This document shows positions 16,965 through 23,772 of a stretch of DNA of 32,000 nucleotides, piece by piece. Where the stretch lies: NCBI GenBank assembly GCA_003056265.1, contig NBVN01000004.1, positions 390,001 through 422,000 of the forward strand, written 5' to 3'. This DNA is from Zestosphaera tikiterensis. Its GTDB lineage: Archaea > Thermoproteota > Thermoprotei_A > Sulfolobales > NBVN01. Below the pieces are notes generated by a model. That model ran no database searches, was not told the DNA's origin, and was given only the letters and a program-made list of their open reading frames with translations. Within the stretch, counting starts at the first letter, position 1. Each line of letters starts with the position of its first letter. The translations under genes and the position numbers were made by a program.

Positions 16965-18413
16965 ATGGCTGGCCAACAAAAACAGCGGATGTCCCTGGTG
17001 GGGGGAAACCCCACCGTAATGCCAGCCATGGAGGTTCCCAACCTCCTTAAATCAAAGAAAGAAAGTGTTAGGACTGTCAGGCTTAGACTTCTACCAACAA
17101 AACAGCAGGACAAACGCCTACGTAAAATCGCCGGCACATGCTCCAAACTTTGGAACCAAATCAACTATGCTAGGAGAAAAATGTTCTTCGAAGAGAAGAG
17201 GATTAATATAGAGGAAACCTATAAGGAATTCTACGAAAGATATAAGAAACTTGTTGGGAGTGTTACAACACAGCAAGTATTAAATAAGAATAATGAAGCA
17301 TGGAATTCATTCTTTAAACTCTTAAAACTTAAGAAGGAGGGTAAGCTACTGCCCTCCATTAAGAAACCCACACCACCAGGATATTGGAAGGATAAGATCT
17401 TAGGAAAAAGAATTAGAGGAATCATCATCAGAAGCGATAGGTATTACGTAGAGCAAGTCAATAATGGTGAAGGATACATCATCCTTAAAGACTTTAGTGT
17501 GAAGGTTAAATACGTCGGTAGGATTAAGTGGTCCGGTAGGCAGGGCAGGCTTGAAATAAAGTATGAATTTAACAGGTGGTTCGCATACATACCAATAGAA
17601 GTTGGTGTGATGCCTTCGAAGAACAATCCGAGAGGTTATGTTAGGGGTGGGTGTGATATAATTCAGCGAAAGAAGCCCAGAGGGGAGGAGGCGGCATTCA
17701 TTGATATGGGTTTAAACAACTTGTTTGCTGTGATGACTACATGTGGTGATGCTATACTGGTGAAGGGTGGTGTTGTTAAGTCTGAGTATTACTGGTGGAA
17801 GTCCGAGAAGAGAAACGCGCAATCCACTAGAGATTCAATGAGGAATGACAGTCTCGAAGTTTGGAGGAGATTCCACCGTAGGTATTTAAGAGCGTTATTT
17901 AAAAGTAGCGAGAGGTTAAGACACCTCTACAGAACCGCTGTTAGGTTCTTAGCTAAGGAGTTGCATGAGAGGAGTGTTAAGAATGTGTATTTAGGATATC
18001 CCTACATGATCACTCAGGATAACGGTAACGAATACAACACGAACATTTGGTGGTTTAGAAAATTAACTCAATGGTTGCATGACGTGTTAAAAGAGTATGG
18101 TATTGAGTTACTCATAGTATTTGAGGATAATACTAGTAGGGAGTGTTCAATATGCCACGTTATTCACGAAAACGCTAGAGTGCATAGGGGGTTGTACGTA
18201 TGTAGTGTAAGTGGGAAGAAGATAAACGCTGATTTAAATGCCGCTACGAACATCGCTTATAGGGTCGGTTACGTTGTTAGCGTTAAAAAGATTGAGAGTT
18301 TCGTCGTAACTCATAACGGTGTTAAGCCCGTAACCCCCTTAAGGAGGGGTATCGCTCAAGACCCAGCAGTGAAACCCCCGCCCTTCAGAGCGGGGAGAGG
18401 GTCATATCCTTAG
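16965..18413 (+). CDS. tnpB: TnpB (IS605 OrfB-family RuvC-like, RNA-guided-nuclease-type protein)
   Basis: 482 aa. N-terminal RTVRLRLLPTKQQ...LWNQ motif, FIDMGLNN (RuvC-I Asp), NTSRECSIC...C...NADLNAATNIA (zinc finger plus RuvC-III). The true start may be an internal Met (Met9, 19 or 22). Confidence 0.93.
   Translation: MAGQQKQRMSLVGGNPTVMPAMEVPNLLKSKKESVRTVRLRLLPTKQQDKRLRKIAGTCSKLWNQINYARRKMFFEEKRINIEETYKEFYERYKKLVGSVTTQQVLNKNNEAWNSFFKLLKLKKEGKLLPSIKKPTPPGYWKDKILGKRIRGIIIRSDRYYVEQVNNGEGYIILKDFSVKVKYVGRIKWSGRQGRLEIKYEFNRWFAYIPIEVGVMPSKNNPRGYVRGGCDIIQRKKPRGEEAAFIDMGLNNLFAVMTTCGDAILVKGGVVKSEYYWWKSEKRNAQSTRDSMRNDSLEVWRRFHRRYLRALFKSSERLRHLYRTAVRFLAKELHERSVKNVYLGYPYMITQDNGNEYNTNIWWFRKLTQWLHDVLKEYGIELLIVFEDNTSRECSICHVIHENARVHRGLYVCSVSGKKINADLNAATNIAYRVGYVVSVKKIESFVVTHNGVKPVTPLRRGIAQDPAVKPPPFRAGRGSYP
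18327..18412 (+). ncRNA. candidate omega-RNA (reRNA) scaffold overlapping the tnpB 3' end
   Basis: Two stem-loops (cccct-taagg-agggg and ccccgc-ccttcaga-gcgggg) lie in the segment where characterised TnpB elements encode their guide RNA. The segment is conserved in the tnpB-less copy at 6175-6246. The 5' extent is unknown and probably reaches further into tnpB. Confidence 0.4.
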
Positions 18414-18424
18414 CTCAAGACACG

Positions 18425-18727
18425 ATGGAGTCCATTGCTGGATCAGGTGTCGATCCGGAAATTAAGTATAGAATTATTGAGAAACTTAATAGGTTAGGAG
18501 GGATTGAAGTTGGCAACGTCGACGTTAGGAAGGTGGGTTCTTTCTATGTGGTCAGTATAACGGTTTCGCTAGATCCAAACACCACCTTACTTAAAATACA
18601 TAGGCTCCGCAAGAAGATAATAAGCCTTTGCAGGGAGGTTTCAGAGCTGATATACCACGTGGATGTAGTCTTCTTACCTAAGAAGACGTGGGTTAGAAGC
18701 AGGTCTTCAGGTTTTACCGTTAAGTAA
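18425..18727 (+). pseudogene. C-terminal cytoplasmic domain fragment of a cation-diffusion-facilitator (CDF) transporter
   Basis: The 100-aa ORF begins 12 nt after the tnpB stop. ...IIEKLNRLGGIEVGNVDVRKVGSFYVVSITVSLDPNTTLLKIHRLRKKI... matches the CDF C-terminal dimerisation domain pattern. No six-helix membrane domain lies upstream. Confidence 0.6.
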
Positions 18728-18886
18728 TGTTTGAAATGATCGTAAGAATTTCTATAAATAAAATAATTTATATTAGCCTAACCTCTATTCTTAAGGCATC
18801 GATACTTAGCTTTGGAAAGTCTTGAGAACTCTCTACGCCCATAACCCTTCACATAAAGTCAGCAAAACGTAATTAAGTTTCAATTA

Positions 18887-19382
18887 TTAGATATTAATCT
18901 GAAGATGGAAGCTTTTAACCTTTCTTAAGCAATCAACTAAGAATAAATTAAGCCCTTCGACAGCAACGGCCTTCACAAGGTTCAACACCTTCATTACTTC
19001 ATCAGGTTCTAACCCCATATTGAGATCCGTTAACATGCACAAATTAGTTAAGTATTTAGTTTGTGTGGCATATCTACATCCAACTAAGCCATTTTCATCG
19101 AAAACGCATTGGGTTGGGCTTAAATCAAGGAACGGGAAGAAATAACCTATGAATACCTCCGCGTAATCCCCTTCAAGTCCTCCAGGTGTTACGCCTTTTA
19201 AATAAACTCCCGTAAGTGGGGAGCAGGAATCGTCTACGTCAGCTCTACCTACGACTTCAACATCAAAGTTTTTAGTGAGTGCTTTAGGTAAAGCCTTAAC
19301 TAAAGCATCTAAGCACGTCGACGGCGTTATAAAGAATGAGTTGAAGGTTGTGATTCTACCGAATAAAACCTCCAGAGTACAT
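18887..19382 (-). pseudogene. frameshifted (or mis-sequenced) ~165-codon ORF immediately downstream of the AAA ATPase gene, hypothetical Cys-containing protein
   Basis: The minus-strand frame 19381->18887 is stop-free for 165 codons, and its first ATG/GTG/TTG lies about 45 codons before its stop. An ATG at 19382-19380 is in the neighbouring frame and stops after 8 codons. Deleting one T of the T4 run (plus-strand aaaa 19365-19368) fuses them into MYSGGLFGRITTFNSFFITPSTCLDALVKALPK.... Confidence 0.5.
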
Positions 19383-19401
19383 CAACTCAGCGAACTCGGC
19401 C

Positions 19402-20853
19402 TTAGATCTCATTCTCGCTTGGTGTATACGTCAAAACTATTCCTTGAATCTTCCTAGACCACCACGTCAGATATTCTTGCGTGGTTCTACGTTCTTCAGG
19501 ACTAACGTTGAATTTCTTCTTAGCCCATTGAATCTCCTCATAACCTATTGAGCCGTTGCCCTTACCAGCCGCAAGCCTTAAGAAAGCATCTACTTCAGCT
19601 AGTGAATACCATCTAGTCACCTTAACCAGCTCTTCTAATACGTCATCTCCAGCCAGTTTAATCGAATAGTTTTTAATGTTCGTAAGTATGGCTTTCCTCC
19701 TCATGTCTTTATCTGGATATCCTAAAACTACGGCGACATCTATCCTGCCAGGCCTTAGAACGGCAGGGTCTATTAAGTCTGGGTTGTTAGCGGTTAATAT
19801 GGTGAATGGCCTATCCGTTCTCTGTAAATGGTAAAGTATCGTTGAAATCTCGCTTATATGGGCTTCATGTATCGTGTACTTCCTAGATGATATGAATTCA
19901 GCATCATCTATAACTAAAGCAACTTCATTTCTTCTCTTTATGATCTGCTGGAAAACGGCGTTTAAAGCCTTCTCCGTAGCTCCATACCACATAGACCTAT
20001 AGTTCTGAGGCCTTAACTCAACTATATTAAGTTTTAAAGCTGACGCTAAGGCCTCAGCCATAACCGTCTTACCAACGCCAGGTGGTCCAGTTATGAAAGC
20101 TCCCTTAGCAGAGAAAGGCAGACCTTTAGCGATCGGATTTATTAAAGCCGCCTTTATATCTTCAATAAGCTTCGGGGGAAGGTCTTCCAACCTCCACGAA
20201 GGTTTCTTCACCGGTATTCGAATATCTCTATATTCGCTGCCGTCACTCACAACAACTCTAAGTTCGTTTAGTTCAGACCCTTTAGTGCTTAAGCTAGCTA
20301 ACACTATAGGTGAGGCAACGCTTAAGTAGGCTACGTCGTAATGTTTAAACCCTGGAATCATTAAGTCCTTCTTTATAGAGTTCCATAGATTAACTGAAAC
20401 TCTATAAGACATTTTCTTCATAAGGCCTTCTTCAACGTCGGGGTTGAGGACAATCATAACGGGTCTTAAACCTTCGACTTCAGAGTTTTTATTTACCGTT
20501 ATGGAGGCTGAGAGGAGTTTCGGCTTCTTAAAGCCTTTAATTACAAGGCCTAATATACCTAAGTACTCCTTCTTAGATACGACTTTAGAAAAGACGTTTA
20601 TTGAGAGGGGGATTAGAGCATGTGTTAATTCCCTTTCTGTTACATTACCTCTAGACCTGATTTTAAGGAAGAGCCCGAATTTTCTGTCGTCTAAGTTGTT
20701 TAAATACCTATAATTCTTTATGAAAGTCGTCAACAATCTATACGAGATATATGACTCACGGTATTTATCGTATGCTATAAATATATTCTTCACGTTCCTG
20801 TAGAGGTTACTCCAAAGCACTTTAATCTCAGCAGACGCTCTCTCCATCCTCAA
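19402..20853 (-). CDS. classical-clade AAA ATPase with an unrecognised ~250-aa N-terminal domain
   Basis: 483 aa. Walker A GPPGVGKT, Walker B ALVIDDAE, second region of homology ANNPDLIDPAVLRPGRID. No family recognised for the N-terminal half. Confidence 0.9.
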   Translation of the reverse strand: MRMERASAEIKVLWSNLYRNVKNIFIAYDKYRESYISYRLLTTFIKNYRYLNNLDDRKFGLFLKIRSRGNVTERELTHALIPLSINVFSKVVSKKEYLGILGLVIKGFKKPKLLSASITVNKNSEVEGLRPVMIVLNPDVEEGLMKKMSYRVSVNLWNSIKKDLMIPGFKHYDVAYLSVASPIVLASLSTKGSELNELRVVVSDGSEYRDIRIPVKKPSWRLEDLPPKLIEDIKAALINPIAKGLPFSAKGAFITGPPGVGKTVMAEALASALKLNIVELRPQNYRSMWYGATEKALNAVFQQIIKRRNEVALVIDDAEFISSRKYTIHEAHISEISTILYHLQRTDRPFTILTANNPDLIDPAVLRPGRIDVAVVLGYPDKDMRRKAILTNIKNYSIKLAGDDVLEELVKVTRWYSLAEVDAFLRLAAGKGNGSIGYEEIQWAKKKFNVSPEERRTTQEYLTWWSRKIQGIVLTYTPSENEI

Positions 20854-21015
20854 CCCGAGTTATTCTTAGCTTAAACACAAAATAAGTGTTAACGTAAATA
20901 GGTGCTCACTTTATTACTTCGGTAGTTCTCAGAAAGTTAATAATACGTTTCAGCGATTGATTACTGATTAAAACCTACTTAAGACACAACTATTTATAGC
21001 TGTTAACGAAGAATT

Positions 21016-21930
21016 ATGTTGGTGTGTTACGCCGTGTTTAAAGGTATTATAACCCCGTTAATAACCCCGTTCAAGAGAAGTTATGAAATAGACTTTAACG
21101 GTGTTGAGTGGCTTATTAAACATTTAATAGAAGGAGGTGTACATGGGGTTTTCCCTGTATCGACGACTGGTGAGTCGGCACATCTTACGTTTGAGGAGAA
21201 GAAAACCATCATACGTAAGGTTGTTGACTTAGTTGATGGTAGGGTTAAGGTACTGCCGGGGGTGGGCACGACCTCAACTCTTGAAACTATAGAGTTAGGT
21301 AGGTTTGCTAAAGACGTTGGCGTTGATGGTGTGGTGGTTATAACGCCTTATTTCTTTAAGTTAAGGCCTGAAGATCTTAAAAAGCATTACTCGTTGATTG
21401 CTGGATCTTTAGATCTGCCGATCATGATCTACCACATACCCTCCATAACCGGTGCTAACCTACCTGTTAAGGTGGTTAAAGAGCTAGCTTTAGAATACAG
21501 TAATATAGCAGGCATTAAAATAACTTACGACAGCTTAACATACATTAAAAACGTTATTGACGAGTTGAAGGAGGTAAGGAAAGACTTTTCCGTGTTTACC
21601 GGTATGGATCAACACCTACTGGTAGCGCTTATGATGGGTGGCGATGGTGGTGTCTTAGCACTCTCTAACGTCTTCCCTAAACTTCACGTGAGCATATATG
21701 AAGCTTGGTTAAGAAGGGACTTCCTTAAAGCTTACGAGCTGTATAAAGACTTACTAGAGTTAAGTAAAGCTATAGAGGTAGGCACTTCATACCCAGCTTC
21801 AATTAAAGCATGTTTAAGACTTGCTGGAGCTCCGATAGAGGATATAGTGAGGCCTCCATTAACTGAAGAAACTAAGGAAACAATCGCTAGAATCGAACCA
21901 CTGATTAAAAAGTATTTAACGTATTTTTAA
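21016..21930 (+). CDS. DapA-family class-I aldolase (dihydrodipicolinate synthase / KD(P)G-aldolase-like)
   Basis: 304 aa. ITPLITPF, STTGES, ITPYFF and the Schiff-base lysine context IAGIKITYD. Start may be the in-frame GTG at 21034. Confidence 0.9.
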   Translation: MLVCYAVFKGIITPLITPFKRSYEIDFNGVEWLIKHLIEGGVHGVFPVSTTGESAHLTFEEKKTIIRKVVDLVDGRVKVLPGVGTTSTLETIELGRFAKDVGVDGVVVITPYFFKLRPEDLKKHYSLIAGSLDLPIMIYHIPSITGANLPVKVVKELALEYSNIAGIKITYDSLTYIKNVIDELKEVRKDFSVFTGMDQHLLVALMMGGDGGVLALSNVFPKLHVSIYEAWLRRDFLKAYELYKDLLELSKAIEVGTSYPASIKACLRLAGAPIEDIVRPPLTEETKETIARIEPLIKKYLTYF

Positions 21931-21953
21931 TTTAAACGTAAAGCTATTTACAA

Positions 21954-21988
21954 CCGAAAGCCTCGCCCTTTAAGGTGGGGAGGAGATC
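21954..21988 (+). repeat. solo copy of the IS-end hairpin (preceded by TTACAAC)
   Basis: ccgaaagcctcgccctttaaggtggggaggagatc aligns with the LE/RE hairpins at 16879, 18369, 6351 and 6175. It starts 24 nt after the DapA-family gene's stop. Confidence 0.7.
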
Positions 21989-22084
21989 AGGCTGGCGGTG
22001 CTATAGAAGCTACGTAATCGTTTATGAATACGTACCTATTTTTAGCTAGGGTTCGTACCTACGTAAGCTTTAATCTGCTTACGT

Positions 22085-22260
22085 AGGTTTTCATCACCCC
22101 TATCCATGCCTTAACCCCCGTTTTTCGAGAGCCTAGCTTCACCACTTAGGCTCCATCATTGCTCCGCTAGACTCCCTCAAGCGAGGGTAGGGCCTCATTG
22201 AGTGGGTTTCATCCTTACCTCCGTCTCCTCATTGGATCGTCCACACACCCTCACTTTACG
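22085..22260. ncRNA. candidate structured non-coding RNA (GC-rich island in an AT-rich gene-free interval), identity and strand unresolved
   Basis: It has no ORF, is markedly more G+C-rich than its flanks, and has several local stems (gagccta..taggctc, ccctc..gaggg, gagggt..accctc). A TATA-like box (cttataaa, 22276-22283) lies about 25 nt from its right edge. Confidence 0.3.
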
Positions 22261-22400
22261 ATAGCACTAACAAAACTTATAAACTTAATTACTGAATGAA
22301 GCACTATCAATAACTATCAACACCTATAAAACTTGAAACTGCTTTGCTAGGCTTATAACCTTACTTCAATTGGTGCTTTTATAGTGTGATTATCTACTCA

Positions 22401-22433
22401 CCTCCTCCTCGTCCTGAAGGGCGAGGGTTTCCC
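22401..22433 (-). repeat. solo copy of the IS-end hairpin, inverted relative to 21954-21988
   Basis: The reverse complement gggaaaccctcgcccttcaggacgaggaggagg aligns with 18369-18403. It carries a compensatory C:G to T:A change in the stem. It lies 65 nt downstream of the sufS stop, in the same orientation as sufS. Confidence 0.65.
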
Positions 22434-22497
22434 TTTTCAGGCGGTTTATCGGTTTGGAGGTGAAGAGTGAGGGAGAGTTTTTAAATCGTTGGGAAGC

Positions 22498-23772
22498 TTA
22501 AGTTCCTGTACATACTTCCTCTACGGGTTCTTTAGCTAGCCTATCTTTCAGCGAGATAATTAGTTTTAAGGTATTTACGAATTCGTCAACCTCCTCTATT
22601 GTGTTGTATATGTAGTAACTAGCTCTTACGGAGCCCTTAAACCCTAGCCTGTAGTGAAGTGGGTGTGCGCAATGGCCGCCGCTCCTCACGGCAATTCCGA
22701 AGAGATCTAACGCTTTAGCTACTGTGTGGTGGTGTAGGTCTTTAACGTTGAATGAAACTAATCCCGTCCTCGATTCTGGGTCTTTAGGCCCTAAAACCGT
22801 TAACTCACTACCTAACTCCTCAAACCTTTTGAACGTATGCCTCACCAACCTAACGTCGTGTTCCCTCACGTTCTCCATACCTAACCTCATCAGGTATCTA
22901 GCCGCTTCAGCAAGGCCTATAACTCCAGCAATGTGTGGGGTTCCTGCGTCAAACCTCCAAGGTAGATCATGCCAAACCACATCATCTAGTGTGACGTCTT
23001 TAATCGTGTCACCACCGACTTTAAAAGGCTTCATCTCCTCTAGGATTTCCCTCTTACCCCATAAAACGCCGGTTCCTGTAGGTCCAAGCATCTTATGACC
23101 GCTGAAGGCTAGGAAGTCTAACTCAAGCTCCCTAACGTTTGTCGGTACGTGAGGTACGTACTGAGCCCCGTCCCCAACGGCTATAGCCCCTACCGAATGA
23201 GCTAACCTGGAGATCCTCCTCACGTCATTTATAGTGCCTACTACGTTGCTAGCTAAGCAGAAAGCAACGACTTTAGTTCGCTCGCTTAACTTACTTTCTA
23301 AGTCTGTTAAGTCTATCCTCCCATCATCGGTTATGTCTACGTACTTTACTTTAGCACCGACTCTTTCGGCTATAACACGCCACGGTAACATATTGCTGTG
23401 GTGTTCCATCACAGTAACTAATATTTCATCGCCTTGTTTTAAGTTGCTAAGGCCCCAACCCCACGCGACGAGGTTTAAAGCGTCTGTAGTGTTTAAGACG
23501 TTAACTATTATTTCATCCCATGAATAAGCGTTTATGAAGTGGGCTAACACCTCATGAGCTTCTTCGAAGGCTTGACTGGCTTCCTGTGATAACGTGTGAA
23601 GACCTCTATGTACGTTAGCGTTGTAGTTGAAGTAGTACCTAGCTATCGCCCCCACTACCTGCTTAGGTTTTTGAGTGGTTGCTGCGTTATCAAAGTATAT
23701 CAATCTCCTCCCGTTGACCTTCCTCTGAAGTATTGGGAAGTCCTCCCTAATCCTATATACGTCAAACATCAT
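22498..23772 (-). CDS. sufS: cysteine desulfurase, SufS/CsdA-type (class-V aminotransferase)
   Basis: 424 aa. PLP lysine in FSGHKMLGPTGTG and catalytic cysteine in RSGGHCAHPL (group II signature). Confidence 0.93.
   Translation of the reverse strand: MMFDVYRIREDFPILQRKVNGRRLIYFDNAATTQKPKQVVGAIARYYFNYNANVHRGLHTLSQEASQAFEEAHEVLAHFINAYSWDEIIVNVLNTTDALNLVAWGWGLSNLKQGDEILVTVMEHHSNMLPWRVIAERVGAKVKYVDITDDGRIDLTDLESKLSERTKVVAFCLASNVVGTINDVRRISRLAHSVGAIAVGDGAQYVPHVPTNVRELELDFLAFSGHKMLGPTGTGVLWGKREILEEMKPFKVGGDTIKDVTLDDVVWHDLPWRFDAGTPHIAGVIGLAEAARYLMRLGMENVREHDVRLVRHTFKRFEELGSELTVLGPKDPESRTGLVSFNVKDLHHHTVAKALDLFGIAVRSGGHCAHPLHYRLGFKGSVRASYYIYNTIEEVDEFVNTLKLIISLKDRLAKEPVEEVCTGT

Larger units (their letters stand above)
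16879..18412 (+). mobile_element. IS200/IS605-family element of the tnpB-only (IS1341-like) type
   Basis: Imperfect subterminal hairpins at both ends (16879-16915 and 18369-18403) have similar sequence. It holds a single OrfB/TnpB gene and no Y1 tnpA is present in the window. The boundaries are inferred from comparison with the miniature copy and are good to a few nt only. Confidence 0.8.

Noticed and set aside
22040-22065. tRNA-like T-arm (agggttcgtacct)
   Set aside because: It does not match GGTTCRANYCC, and no acceptor, D or anticodon arms can be drawn around it.
22011-22085. Cluster of four TACGTA hexamers as a specific operator array
   Set aside because: TACGTA recurs frequently throughout the window, including inside genes (for example around 86, 3770, 3890, 3962 and 4570). 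The local density may reflect genome-wide oligonucleotide bias, so I mention it only as a caveat under the palindrome finding.
22085-22260. Assigning the GC-rich island to RNase P RNA or SRP RNA
   Set aside because: By eye there are only weak resemblances (aaaaacgggggttaagg versus CR-V; ggagcaatga versus SRP helix 8). The canonical GGAAAGUCC and GNAR-tetraloop/AGCA motifs are absent. I kept it as an unidentified RNA candidate only.
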